A stretch of 64,000 bases of DNA, taken from positions 38,408,393 to 38,472,392 of the forward strand of contig JARFYF010000012.1 of NCBI GenBank assembly GCA_030265395.1, in the 5' to 3' direction. A model generated the notes under the pieces. The model had not been told where the DNA came from, made no database searches, and saw only the letters and a program-made list of their open reading frames with translations. The DNA is from Rhina ancylostomus. Lineage: Eukaryota. The translations under genes and the position numbers were made by a program. Every line of letters begins with the position of its first letter. The stretch's first letter is position 1. Of the stretch, positions 50,521-64,000 are shown in pieces.

Positions 50521-52399
50521 GGCAAATTGAAAGTTATTTCCATTTTGTTCCTTTTAAAAGCTTCATGTAGCATGAATATTCTGAGTGCATCTTCAGTGTT
50601 CAATACTGGACCAAATTCACATTAGCTATTTTTTTTGATTGTATTAAAAGAGATGTAATTATTGTGTTTCTTTCTGGTCAGCTTCAGTGAGCACAAAAAC
50701 AAGCAGCTCCTAGCTGATATTGATAGAGTGGCCTGATTTAGAGGGTTTTTTTTCCTCAGGAAAGCAATGACTAAATATGTTTACACTACCGATTCAGTCT
50801 TTGCTACAACACTTTAAGATGATTAAGTGGGGCAGTGTGCTGTCAGGATGAATTGTGCTCCATTTCGGAACATGCACAGAGCACAGTGTTTATTTTCACA
50901 TGGATTATTTTGTATTCACTGCAGAATAAATTCATTTGATTTTTCTTCCTTGTGATGTAGTCTCATGCTGGATGGAAGCTTTTATTTTGAGCAAAGCAGA
51001 AACAATTTAATGCTGATGATTTCACTAATGTCCCTCAGGCTTTAACTGGTCCAAGCCTGCCTCTACTTTGTTTTAATTCAAATCAACTCAGATACTTTAT
51101 AAGCAAATGTCTTAGTCAGCTTTAATTCATTCAGCAACTATCCATCACTGTCAGAATTTAATACAAATTACCAGCTACTTGGCTAAGGCTCTTCACTGCT
51201 CTAAATTTAATTAGTTGGATTACTGATGATTAACTGTAAAGTCAGCATTGATGTGATTCTCTCTGTGAGGTTCTGCTAAGAGTGTATTTAAAGTTAATTT
51301 TATTCAGGCCTATAATTAGATTAGAAACATGAATCTGTTTATGAGTTAATTTAAAAGACACAATTGGTATCTGCAAACTAATCAAGGGATCTGTAATCGG
51401 CAATTAGCCTCTTATTAGTTTTGCAGTTCTTACTTAAAATGTTAAGAAAACCTTTGGAGTGTGAGGATATACCACTACTGTGTCAAAATTACAAACAGGA
51501 TAATTCTCCCCGCATGGCTAGAAGTTGCCATTATTAATGTTTAGTGCTTTGTGCTGACCTACAGTCTGAACAATACAAGATTGGTTTTCAACGTGCTGCC
51601 CATTCTAACATGCTTACGGTGTATTACAGAATTAACCTGCAGTAAAATGGAGCTTGCCTCAAGAGATCAAAATGAGCTTTATCAATAAACAATTTCAAAT
51701 ATTATAATAAAGCACAAATGTACTTCCCTGCTAATTGGTAATATATGAAAGGAAGTTGTATATAAAAAGAAAATATGGAAGCTACAACACAGATATAGGC
51801 CATCCTATTCATTTGTAAACTGCTGCCACTTTTTCAAGGCCAATTAGAGATGGATAATAAATGCAACCTTGCCACCTAGCCAATAGATAATTGGAAAAGG
51901 TCCAAGCCTAACAAAGTCAGGAAAAGAAAACTGGTTAACAATAGAAGGTTAGCTGGATGATTTTTCTCGTCAATTTACCATGTTAATGGATTAACTGAAA
52001 GGATGGGCTGCACTGATTACTTGCAAAAAGAAATGTCATATTGGCCTACCTGGGGCAAGATCGTGGAAGCTGGTGAGATGTGCCTCACAAGAATCCAGAC
52101 GGGGCCACACCCAGTCACAGTATTTATTACTTTCCCATCTTAAGTTTGCATCTTCACGGATCATGAAGTGAAGATGGACAGTATTGTTTGTAATATTAAA
52201 TTAGAAAAAAGGTTGTTAATTAATAAACTTATATGATTTGAGTTGGCCAAATTATGGAAGCTGTGAGGTCATGAGTTTGGACCTAAAAAATAATACATTG
52301 TATTTTCTACAATAAACACAGTTGCATAGCAATTTTAGCAGAGCCAGATATTCTAAGTTGCATCACAGGTAAACTAACAGAGTTCATCATGAGCTACAG

Positions 52400-53130
52400 T
52401 GTACAGGAGGGATTAGGGCAAGTGACGATGAGACGGATCTAAGAGTTGGCCCTTTGGGATCCACTAAAAGGAGAGAAAAGAATTAGTGAGGCAGAAGGGT
52501 TTTGGGTGGGAATTCTGGAACTTCTAGGCTTTGGTACCTGAAGACATGGCCACCAATGGTGGAGCAATTAATTTCATGGATGACGGAGCAGCCAGAATTA
52601 GAGTGATGCTGATATCAAAGGAGGGTTGCAGGCAGGGGGTGAAAGTAACTTGAATTCCCACTAGCATGTAAATTTCTTAGCAAAAGGTCATGGTGCCAGC
52701 CATTTCCTGTGCCAGCCTGCACCAGCTTACTTCCTCCTCTGGTTACAGAAGTGGAGAAGGTCAGGGACGTGCAAGAACTTGAAAACAAGGATGAGAATTT
52801 TTAAGGTTGCCCCTTGTTCAATCAGGAGACTGAAGTTCAACGAGCACGGGTGATGAGTAAACAGGACTTGATGCTCGTTAGTGTTTATGGATTTGTGTGA
52901 CATTGATTTTAGAGACTAGAAAGAGGGAGCCTGTCAAGTTATGTATTGAAATAGACAGGTTTAAATGGACAAAGCTGTGAGACAGTGAGGATTTCATCAG
53001 GAGATGAGCTGAGATGGGTGAGGTAGGGCAGTCTTAACAGATGGCAATAGGCAGTGTTGATGATGGCAGATATGGGAGCTGGGAAACACAACCTGAGGTC
53101 AAACATAACATCAGCATGGCGAACAATCGG
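52400..53130 (-). mobile_element. Decayed L2-type LINE fragment
   Basis: aacaaggatgagaattttaa...gcacgggtgatgagtaaacaggacttg is the reverse complement of the HITPV...LHWL region seen at ~62790-62850. Confidence 0.6.
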
Positions 53131-53134
53131 TAAA

Positions 53135-53290
53135 AATCAAAAAACCCTGCAGATGTTGGAAATCTGAAGTAAAAACTGAAAACGCTGGAAATATTCAGCA
53201 GGTCAGGCAGCATTTGTGGAAAGAGAAATCGAATTGATGGTTTGCTGAGGGTGTACCAGCGTTGAACAATCGGGTTTGGTTTCATTCAGC
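53135..53290 (-). mobile_element. Penelope-type terminal fragment
   Basis: ctgcagatgttggaaatctgaagtaaaaactgaaaacgctggaaatattcagcaggtcaggcagcatttgtgga. Confidence 0.7.
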
Positions 53291-53829
53291 TGCTGGGAAG
53301 AGGGACTGAGCTGGAGGTTAGGGAAGAGAGTTTGTGATGCTGACTGGATATGCTGGCTTCAGTCTTCCCATTAATTGAGTGTGGGAAAGTTCCTACTGAA
53401 CGGGGGAATTTGTAATTCGGGGAACGGAGTGGGCAAATGAGAAGTGTTGGTGAGGGAAGGCTGAGTATTGTCAGGATACATGAGGAACCTGACACTGTGT
53501 TTTCAGATGTGTTAAATCTGAAGTTGGTGTATTTTTTGTAGTTATTGGGGGATGTAGGGGTAAAGGTAGGTTGATGGAGTTTAGTCACAGATTAGCCAGG
53601 ATCTCACTGAAAGCTGAAACAAGCTTGAGGGCCTAATTTGCCTATTCTAGACTTTGTATTCCTAAAATATTCCTAAAAATCCAAAGCAGACTTACTGAAT
53701 CGCTGAGTAGACTCAGTGCTACAGTTCATACCTATTAATTTGCACCTTGTATGTGGATTCATTTCCACTGTAGGCAGACAGAGAATATTGTTTCTTTGAT
53801 AAGGTGACAGCAATATGAGTGACGGCACT

Positions 53830-54200
53830 TTTAATAAATTAATTTAGAAGATCATGAGTTCAAGACTTGCTCCAGAAACTTGAGCACATGCTCTGTGCTA
53901 ACATTTCAGCATAGCACCAAACCAGTGATCATCTGTTGGAGATGTCACTTTTTGGGTGAAATCTTCCTTCTGGATGAACATAAAAGATCACATGGGCTTA
54001 TTCAAAATACAGGCCAAACTTTTAACCCGACACCAGTTTATAAACCATAATGTGGTCATTTAACAAATAGCTATTTATTGGATCTTGCTATAGAGAAATT
54101 GTCTGCCACCTTTCACTGCATTACAGCAATGACCTTGTTTCAGATATGTTCCATCAGCAGTTAAAACACTTTGGGATTTGCTGAGTTTATAAATTTTAAT
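53830..54200 (+). mobile_element. DeuSINE/SacSINE-like element
   Basis: gagttcaagacttgctccagaaacttgagcacat...ggatcttgctatagagaaattgtctgcc...cattacagcaatgac...aaaacactttggga. Confidence 0.65.
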
Positions 54201-56599
54201 TCTTTCCCATTCTTGTGTTATTTTATCAAATAATTTTGCCTTCAGGAAAATATTTTTAAACTGCTGTACTGGAAAGTTGACAAAAGGTTAACAAATAACA
54301 ACAATGAAATTACTCATTGTCATCTGTTTTTTCCACACGTTAGATGGTGATTGGCAAAATGCCAAGCTACATCTAGTAAAACATTTTGTTACTCTTTGGT
54401 CCAGACCTGCAGTGAAAGATCTAACAAGAAATTAATATGAATTGCTGACTACAACAATTTGGGTATTTTGTAGGATCCAAATTCAAAATGATGAAACACA
54501 AGTTGCTTCAATAAACAGTTCCTCAGACTAATTTAAAACAGAGCATTGCATTCCATCCCATCCAGCTCTGCTCGTATTACAGTAACCTTACCTCTGTAAG
54601 GAACCAGTAAAAAAATGTACTGCTGCACTGCAGGAAAATATCTCTGAGTTTACTTATTGTCAAAGTCACAACTCTTTTTAAAAACTCAAAAAATCAGATG
54701 GTGTGTGCTCTTTACTCTCTCAGGCTTTTGCATACCTGTAGTTATTGGACTGAGTTTTGCATTATTTTTTAATGTCGCATTCATGGATGAACAGATTCTT
54801 TTTTTGGGAAGTTTCCTGGGATTCTTGTTTACTAAAAGGTTGATGGATTCACTAATATTGCTATAGATCAAAAGGCCGGTGTTGAGTGTCCAAAGTCCAG
54901 GTAGGTTCAACAATTGTCAAACCAGATGACCTCATCCGTGCAACAGAAGGGCAGCACTTTATTGAAATCTTAACTTTATTTTCTAACTGATGTTAGTTAT
55001 CTTTTTGAGTTCAGCATTTTATCCTTGTGAATTGGATCGATGCCTGACCTGATCCATTACACACCGTTTTGATAGTGTATGCTATATTTCTATTGAGATG
55101 TGGAACTCTTGTGTACTATTCTATTCACACTGGGTCCTTGAGTACATTCTAAACTCTATTTACTTATTTATGACTTCTTTCTATCATAGTTATAGTCATC
55201 ACACCTGAGGACAAACTTGTTCTGCAGATTGATGGATTGTTTGTAAAATAGGGATCAAGTAGCAGAATATATTATAGATTTGAGCTATTGTGTATTTCCA
55301 CTAAGCCAGCCTTTCATAGATATGGTATCCCTATTGATTAATCTCACCACTATTTCTCTGTAGTTACTGTGTCATTTTTGTCCCTGCATGTTGTTGAAGA
55401 GATACTATAAGTCAGTTTTCCCAATTGGAAAAAATTACTTGAATAGTCCATTCCTTTTAAATTTTTTTGGTAATTCTAGTCGGCAACAAATATTTTAATG
55501 CATGATATTTTCTTGCTACTTTTCAATTTTGTTGTGAAATTTTTCTGATCTGGTGGGAACGGTTAAACAATGCTGACAGAAATGCGATTGCCCCAGTTGG
55601 AAGTTGCGCTTGAGTTTAAAACTGCAAATGTAGTGTTGTGCAGGTTAATGGAATCAGGTCATGAGGAGTAAAAGCTGCAGGACACAGATTCTAATGGTAT
55701 ATTGATATGTTTCTGTTGGGCTACTGTATTAACATTAAAACAGCTTCAAAATCTCTCTGTTTTTCCTCTTGAATTATTTAGCTTGAGTGCAGTGCTAGAG
55801 TCTGGTGTGTTTTGTTTATGTTCACAACATCTTGCTGGCAGAGCTGGCATTTATTGCCCATCCCTGCTTGCTCTTTAAGAAGGCAGTGGTAGGACTCCTT
55901 GGTTTTATGGAAGTCCTTATGGTGAAGGTTGTCCCACTGCTATTGAAGAATGTACTGAGTTACACATTTTCCTCGAGTGCAGGATCTTGCCCTTGTGCTC
56001 TCCCGCAAATATTTGGTTATCAACTAGAATTGTTTGAAGCTTCACAATGTCCAAAAGATGGCTGTGTTAAAGTTTCCAATTTGCTCCCTTGTGTGCCACA
56101 GACAAGTGGACCTTTTTCCTGTGTTTTATGTGCTGCCCTAATTAACATGGTATTTTGAGCCAAAACATTATTTCAGAAAGAGTGTGAAGGAAAGCAGGCT
56201 TGTTTCCTGGGAATAGAGGCATTATTTGATGTTGGCCTGTAAGGGGTCAGTTACCCAGCAGCTACACAGACAGCAAATGGTTAGGAGCAAATTACTGGAC
56301 AGTAATTCACTGGAAGAGATCAGATGACATAATAAAACAGGAGGGCCAAGCTCAATCAGCTTAAGCATAGTGTTCTGAATCCCAGACTGCCCTTTATCTT
56401 TTATTGTTCTGGAGCTTGATTTCATTATAAGGCCCAGTTTAAATTACATTTTCGGAGCTTATCAGCAGTCTCCTTGCAAGTTTTAGAAGTCGCACCTTTT
56501 AATGGTCCTGTGTATAGTTTGTAGAGTTGTGTATCACATGACAGGAAGCAAGAGTTTTATGATGCAGTGCAATGTAGGATTAATAATAGGATTAGATGG

Positions 56600-57075
56600 C
56601 AGGATGAAAGGAGACTGACACTAACATGTAATTTTACTAACTGGTACAATAGTTGGCCCACTGATATAAAACCAATTTATACTTGTACAGTGCCACAAAT
56701 TAAACAGGCTGGGGCACCTTTCTCTATGCTGAGGGGGAGGGGGAAGATTAATGGTGGTATTTAAAATAATGAAGGGGATTGATAAGGATTGGTGTTGAAA
56801 AGGTGGGGGTGGGAGAGACCAAACTGAGAGGCCATTATCTAATGGAAACATGTATCTACATAATGTATTCCAGTCACAGGTAAATTCAAAAATAGAATTT
56901 AGGCAAAATTTATTTTCTCAGATTGTGGGCCTCTTTGCCACATGGCGACAACCAGCCTAAATACATTTACATGGGAACTAGATTAGTAGATGAGAAAGAA
57001 TTAGAATATGCTGAAGGGATAAGGAGGAACTGGAAAGAGGCTCTTGAAAACCAGCCTTAGACTGAATGGCCTTCT
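56600..57075 (+). mobile_element. Decayed CR1 3' end
   Basis: taaaataatgaaggggattgataagg...gaatttaggcaaaatttattttctcaga...gactgaatggcctt. Confidence 0.6.
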
Positions 57076-60000
57076 GTTAAATAAAATTCTGTGCAACATA
57101 TACATGCCTGGAAACATACCCTGTTGGTCATGTGCATGGCACTACTGAATTTACAGGCAATTACTTTTTACCTTTATACCGCACAACTGTTTCTACCTGG
57201 GCTATGTGGCATTGTCACTTTGTATAATACTATTATCTCCCATAATTTTTATTTCACTGTGGTCCATTACATAAAGTGAGGCAATCGATTTTATTTTTAA
57301 GACTTGCAAACAATAATGCCGCATTAAAAGTANNNNNNNNNNNNNNNNNNNNNNNNNNNNNNNNNNNNNNNNNNNNNNNNNNNNNNNNNNNNNNNNNNNN
57401 NNNNNNNNNNNNNNNNNNNNNNNNNNNNNNNNATAATGCCGCATTAAAAGTAGGCATCAGATTAGTTTTGATCAATTCCTGGCTCTGAGATTCTTTAGCT
57501 CTTTTTTTAATATTTAAAAAAAGCTTGAATTGATTGATTTCACAGCCAGCAAAGATTTATTTCCATCCAATTTTATAGCTGTCGTAATATGTGCTGAACC
57601 TGTTACTGTTGCTATTCATGAAATGTCAATGCAAAAAAGAGAATTATAGTGCAACGTGACAAGGACACAGCTGTTGCTGTGTAATAAGTTCAGGCAACAA
57701 CAAAATAACAGTTGCAAGGACCAGTAGAACAGTAATTTTCACCAAACGGAGCTCTGTTCTTGATACTCAGCAGGAGCTAAAAAACAAAATAATGATATGA
57801 TGTGTACTGTCAGCATTCTTAGTGTAATGGCTGGTAGAGGGAAAGTTTACGACTATGGAGAATTTAATGAGTGTTTGTGCTATTTATGTGAAGTCATATA
57901 TCATGTTTGTTCAGCTGCTGTCATGGTTAGCTGCACAACCGGAAAAAATGATGTTTTGTTTATTTCACCACCCCCCCCCTCCAAATTCCATCACCGCATT
58001 CTAACATAAAACTTCATGTCTGTACCAAGCAAATATCAGCTCTTGAAATCAATCCAGTTTCGATGTTTGCACCTCTGAAGGATAATTCCTTGCAACTCGG
58101 TGTAGTCAGAATGCAAAACCGTGTCGAATCTTTAAAATGAGTGCTGTAGAAAAGGCACAGGCGGAAAGTGAATATTGACAGTTTTGGAATCATGTTCAGC
58201 TGTTGTTTTCATTGTAACCTTGCCAGTAAGTGTTTAGACTGTTTCCTCCAATTCCTAGATAAAATGTTTAGCAGAAGGAAAAAGAAATAATGTTCACATT
58301 CACTTAAAAATCTAAACAAAGCCTATCTTTGAAAGATCAGGCATAGAATGTGTCTCAAGTTATAACTTGGAATACCCTTTGAACCTCAACTAGCTCCTCC
58401 CCCACCCAAAGTAGCGCATACGTTGTTATTATCCATAGGCAAACTCCCTTTGGTCTAGTTGGTTAATTTGCTTTGATAGTTGAAGAAAATTAGCTGTTTT
58501 ACCAAATCTTCTAAATATGGGCAGGCAATTTGTGAAATGACCCATTTATATTGCTTTACATTGTACTCTGAATGCAGTACAAAGGCAAATATTCAGGATT
58601 AACAGTAAACAAAGTTTGTCCATTTAAGAGCCAGTGGTTCAAGGAGATTTTTAAAGCTTAAATCAAATCCCAAGAGCCTTCTGCTGTTTGTACTTTGTGA
58701 CTTTTCCCTTTGCCCGTTTTTTCTTAATTTATAGTCTGACCTGACTCTCAGAAGCAGCAACAGATTAATCTGGATATCCACAGCAAAACTGATAGCCTGG
58801 AACAAGCAAATCTTGTGTTTTGCTTCCAATTTTACCTTAGTCATGACTTTACAGATACAAGGAACATTTAATTCTAGATTTCCTGCAGCTGGCAGAGGTC
58901 TCCAGGCCAGCTGTGCTAAATGTATTTTTACCCTTGTCTCACTGCCAGCTTTTGAGCTCTGTGAAAAATAAAATAAAATTAAATGTTTTGCGTCCCAGCT
59001 GAACTGTTAAAAGAGATTTAAAAGGGAAGTTGTAACCATAGGCACCTAATTTGCTAGCAAACAAAGTGAGCTATTCTTTTATTTTGAAGATAGGCTTGTA
59101 TTACAAACGGTGGAAAGAAAGACCTTTTCAGAAATCTCCATAGATGGAAAAGTAGAAAGAATGTTGGCTCATTAATCTTGTCAGGCCTGATCTCACTGAA
59201 TTTAAGATTTCCATTCTGGTTCAGACCCTGCTCCGTGTAAGAATGTTCACACGGAACAAGAATCTTTATTACATGACCTCAAATTGATTTAAATCGCAGA
59301 CAATTATGAATGTAGAGCATTATTGTTTCCAAAAGACTGTTAATTCCCTTATGTAAAGGGAAGAACGGCTAGCAACAGGCATTGTCTGGTAGCTGGGCAA
59401 ACAGGGTACAAGTATCAATGAACACTTTGGTCGGTGCCAGTTTGCAGTGCTGTTGTTGACTGTTAACTCTCAGGTGTTGGAGGTGCAGACTCGGTTAGTG
59501 CTCTTTACTTCTCATCTTTGCTCAGCATCCTCTCTCAACTGCAAAAGGAGTCCTCTGCATTTGTTTGTCATCATTCATATGCCACTACTTTTTATTCATT
59601 AGATTTTTCTGGTGCTGTCTGTGAGGCAAATATCACTGCAAGAAATGTGGGTTTCTTTTTCATCTCACATTTAATGGAACACAGTTTTAACTAAATTCCC
59701 ATCCACTACATTAATGTGTTATTCATTATATAAACGTTACTTTAACATTACTACAGAGACCAGGAATTTGGCTGATAATCACTATTTTGGTATCTGTGTG
59801 TGTTTCCAGTGCTCAGAAAGAACTTTTTCCAGTTTTAGCAGCTGTAAGATATTTAAACATTCCTTGTAATGGCATCTAATGATAAATATACCCCGTGGTC
59901 TTGAACTGGAGCATTATCGCTGGCAAATTGCCATTTCCCCGGCAGTAAAAGCTCGTTCAGGCCCCCTCTGCAAGGAAAATGTGCATTAATATCCATGCTG

Positions 60001-60622
60001 GTAATATCTATGCTCTGGAAATAAAATATTTGCAAGATTACATTGTTAGCTTTTGCAGGTTAGAAAAAAATCAGTAGCTTCCCAGATGAAGTGCTGTAGT
60101 AATGTTGCATTATATCACTGTTTCAAACTGAGCGGGTTTAAAAGCAAAGCAGATTTCTGACAGACTTGTTGAGACTCAAGTTAATATTTATAATTGCTTT
60201 AGTTGAACTTTGATCCTCTGACCCATTAGCAGTCACAGTCCTTGGATACCAAATTGCATTTCTATCACATCCCCATCCCCATCCCCACCCCCACTTCCAC
60301 TCCATCTCTTTTACTTAAATTTTACTCTGTTCCCGAGGGCTGGAGCTGACCAAACAGAAATCTGCCTTGTGGCCTCTGATATTGATTTTCACCATCGCTT
60401 CGCCTCCCGGTGACCAAATGCAGGAAAACCACAGAGAATGCAAAGTATTTTGCAAGTCCTGCCTAGTCGATGTAGTCTGGTGTGATTCTCTGAAAGGGAG
60501 CATCCTCCACTCCCCAAGCCTGCCATTAGTTTTGCTTCTGTAATAAAGGTCAGAGCCAATGTAACGGCAGCGTGCTTTCACTGAGCTTCTCTCTCACCGA
60601 GTGTGTTTCACGGCTGTTGCAG

Positions 60623-60821
60623 GCTGATCCTGCCCTATGAAAGATATATCAAAGGGGAAGAAGACAAGCCTCTACCTCCAGTCAAACCTCGGAAACAGGA
60701 GAACAGCTCCCAAGAGACGGAAAGCAAGATGAAGGCAGCTGGAACCAAACGGAAAAATGAACAAAACAGAAAAGTGAAAAAAGAAAAGGATACCACTCAG
60801 AAAATGAAAGAGAACTCTGAG
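60623..60821 (+). CDS. ARID5B: ARID5B 199-bp coding exon, end of ARID domain and basic linker
   Basis: gttgcag acceptor and gttagt donor; AG+G completes Arg. Encodes LILPYERYIKGEEDKPLPPVKPRKQENSSQETESKMKAAGTKRKNEQNRKVKKEKDTTQKMKENSE. The KPRKQENSSQE tail favours ARID5B over ARID5A. Confidence 0.96.
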
Positions 60822-61379
60822 GTTAGTGTCGTTCCCTTCTCCGCTGTACGTCTGTTTACCATTCTGTGTTATGACATTGTGAGTCATTGTTAACTATATT
60901 TCTCGAAAATGCCAGGTATTTTGTTTCTGAGGCTCTCAGCATGTTGGAAATAGACGGTACTTGTTGAAACTTCCCCACTCATTTCTATAATTTGCAACTT
61001 GTACAAAGGTAGCAAAGCTACAGCCGTGTGGCATCGGCAGGACAGAAATCATTTAGTCGCATTAAGTGTTGGACAAACATTCTAGTCTAACCATAAGAGC
61101 TCCTGGCATTAATTGCAGCATAGTATTTTGGTCATATTTTCCTTTTCGGTTAAGAATAAGCTGCAAATCAACCTGCAATCTTTACTCAGGTGCTCAGTTG
61201 CAAGGGCAGGGATTGCTCTAGTCCAGAGTTGCCATTTGATATATAACTGTGTAGGTTGGCAAGTGCCTTTGCCAAATTGTGCTATTAATTTATGCCGTTG
61301 CTCCCTGGTTTGGTGCAAAATTCTTGTGTAATCTGGTGTGTAGTATTGCCAAGTGCTTTAATCTGTACTATTCAAATGT

Positions 61380-61630
61380 GATTTGGTATGCACATTAGTC
61401 TGCACTGTTGCCACATGGTTTGTTTCTTTTTAACTGTGGTCACATGGTGTTATGTGTACTTACGTCACATGGTTTGCTTTATTACTATTGCCATGTGGTT
61501 AAGAGTGTATCATTGTCATATGGTTTTATGCAAACTGTTGCTACATGATTTGTATTAAATCATTCCACGTGACCTGGTATATACTGCTCCACATTGCTTG
61601 GTTTATGCCATTGTCACCTGGTTTTATACA
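61380..61630. repeat. Degenerate ~25-bp tandem repeat with core actgttgtcacatggttt
   Basis: About 9-10 periodic units with cores cacatg (x3), catgtg, catatg, tacatg, cacgtg, cacatt, cacctg. Confidence 0.75.
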
Positions 61631-62589
61631 TAGCTATGCATTGTTAGTAACCTGTTCTCTGCTCAGTTTGGATTTCACGGGGTCCACTCGGCTCATGACC
61701 AAAGAGCTCATTTCCAGAGGAGAGGTGGGATTTATTTTTCATTTCTATTTGTCCGCTGGCTGTGGACATCATTTGCCAATTCTTCTTGCAAAGACAACTG
61801 CATTAATGGGGTCTGGAAGTGCACATAGACCAGGCGAATAAGGAAAGCAGCTTCCTTCCTGGAAGGACTTTAAGTAAATCTGGCTGTTTTTTTTAAAACA
61901 ACAATCCATGCTGCACTCCAGTGCCCCTTGGCAGCAATTGGTGGGAATGGCATTAAGAACTCTTGGGAACGTTGAAGTCAATGAGCGTCAAGGTGAAAGC
62001 AGCTCACTGTTTGGAGCCATGCCCCACACAGGAGAAGGTGGTTGTTGGATGTCATTCACTCCAACCCTTCCACGTCACTACAAGAGCTCCTCAGGGCAGC
62101 ACCCTAGGTACAGTCATCTTCAGCTCCTCCTTTAGTGATCAGCCTTCCATTAGAAGTGGGGCTGTATGCCGACAGTTGAATAATGTTCAGTTCCATTCAC
62201 AGATGCTCAAAGTGAAGCCCAGATGGAGCAGGAGTGAGGCAACATCCAGGCACAGAAGACAAAAGCAGTCCGCTTGATTGGCATCCCATCCACCTTTCAG
62301 ACTTTCTTTCCCTGCACTGCTGTGACAAATGCACTGCAGTTACTTGCCCAGGCTACTCTGACAGCATCTTTCAAACCTGCAGTCTCCATCACCAAGAAGG
62401 TCAAGCAGGTGTGTGGGAAGTCTGCTACTTGCAGGTTTCCCTCCAAGTCGTGCATCGTTCTGACTTGGAAATATCCAGTTCCCTGGCCATCATTTTGATC
62501 TCTCGCGCTCTGTCATTTGTCTGCAATTAAACCAGACTGCTCACAACCTTAGTAACAGACTTGCCCTGAAGTGAGCTTCAGTCTGCCTA

Positions 62590-63285
62590 GCTGTGCCATT
62601 GCTGATTCTGCCGATTTTTCACCCCAAAGATATTGCCCACCTCTGCCCCTTTCTCACCACCTCTTCTGCTGAAACCTCCATCCAGGCCGCCTGTACCTCC
62701 TGGACCTGACTATTTCAACCAACCTTCGTGGGTTGATTCTCCATCAACTTGATGTCATCCAAAATTCTGATGCTTTGGTCATGACTCTTGCCAAGCCCTG
62801 TTCACCCATCACCTCTGTGAGTGCTGCCTTGCATTGGCTTCCAGTTAAGTATATTGTATCTCAAGTCCCTCCATGGGTTCAACTCCTCTGATCTCTAATC
62901 TCCTCCAAGCTCATGAACCCTCTGAATTGTCTATACCTCTTTTTCAGGGGGATCTGGGCATCACTGCAAGGCAAGCATTTATTGCCCTTTGAGAAGACAG
63001 CCACCTTCTGCTGCTGTTCCAGACCCAGCAACAATGAAGGGCTGTTGAGATATTTTCATGTCAAAATGGCGTGCGACTTACACTAGCCTCTTGCCTATTC
63101 TGAATTGCTTCGCCATTGGCTCTGCTTGCAGCTGCATTGAGCCTAAGTTCTGGAATTACATTCCTTAAAATTTGCTGCTTCTCTTTTGTTTTTACCCCTT
63201 CAAGACTCTCCTTAAAAGCCAACCTTTTGACCATTTGTTTGGTCATCTGCCCTCATATCTCCCTTTTTGTTTGGTAACATTGATT
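62590..63285 (+). mobile_element. L2-type LINE 3' end
   Basis: gctgaaacctccatccaggcc (AETLIHA-like), tcacccatcacctctgtg...ttgcattggcttccagtt (PITSV..LHWLPV), ccttcaagactctccttaaaagcc tail. Confidence 0.75.
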
Positions 63286-64000
63286 TGGANNNNNNNNNNN
63301 NNNNNNNNNNNNNNNNNNNNNNNNNNNNNNNNNNNNNNNNNNNNNNNNNNNNNNNNNNNNNNNNNNNNNNNNNNNNNNNNNNNNNNNNTCTTGGCCTCCA
63401 GCTCAACACACCCACTGGTTTGGTGCCTGCCTCTGATGGATGTGTTGTTTAGTGTACATTCTAGTTACTGCCATCTCCCTGCAGTTTTCCCAGGCAACAT
63501 TGCTGTGAGGTTTGGCACATGTTGTCGGGGAATTCCGGTGGTGCTACAAGGTTTCATTTAGCCAACCTGCCGTGTTTGCTCTGCAATTATAGGTCATGGC
63601 GGTTGTTGGGTTCCTTCCATGAGTGGACAGGTATTAGAAACTGGCATTTGTGATTTTATCGTGAGCTTTCTTCAACCTGAAATAATTTCTGGTTTCCACT
63701 TGCCGGCAAGTAGTTCACCAATATCATTAATTAATGTTAAAACTTTCCCTCCAAACACAGTGGCACAGCAGAAGAGGGTAAATTCCTGTCAGGAAGAATC
63801 AGTATTGTACTTCAAAGGGAAGGGTACAAAAGAAATAGATTTTTTTTTGGGCACTTGTTTCTAAAGAGTGGAATGCTCCCACCTAGTGGCTTGGTGAAGA
63901 ACTGATGGCAAATATACTTGACCCTTTCATTGAACAGGGTTGAAACTGCTGACTTTACAATTTGGATGCTTCAGATCCAGAAAGATGATTGTGAATTTGA

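Noticed and set aside
57313-57452. 20-bp direct repeat ataatgccgcattaaaagta flanking a 100-N gap
   Set aside because: Most likely overlapping contig ends (scaffolding artefact) rather than a target-site duplication; similar gtcga overlap at 42840/42944.
60822-64000. Large terminal ARID5B exon
   Set aside because: No long plus-strand ORF here; it must lie beyond the window.

Overview
Eukaryotic, AT-rich, gap-containing draft genomic DNA from a vertebrate. The repeat content (V-SINE/HE1-like SINEs, DeuSINE/SacSINE-like SINEs, CR1, L2, Rex-Babar, RTE and Penelope fragments) suggests a cartilaginous fish, probably a ray; this is inference. The whole window appears to lie inside one + strand gene, ARID5B (MRF2). 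Five internal coding exons are readable: 36601-36719, 38166-38370, 45152-45204, ~49326-49423 (5' part in an N gap) and 60623-60821. They splice in frame and encode the ARID DNA-binding domain and its flanks. The first ~33 kb looks like the 3' part of a large intron. Almost all ORFs in the supplied track are chance ORFs or decayed transposon fragments. The most interesting observations are: (1) a candidate alternative first exon ending ATGG|gtaaca at 33809-33812 that would give a short M-A-L-N-L-K-G-R isoform; (2) Penelope-derived minimal hammerhead-ribozyme-like motifs, including a fold-back head-to-head pair just upstream of an ARID exon; (3) a young LTR insertion with a target-site duplication inside a CR1; (4) two degenerate minisatellites, one rich in TAATCC-like motifs and one rich in E-boxes. 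I found no prokaryotic-type system (CRISPR, operon). All repeat family names come from recalled motifs, not database searches.
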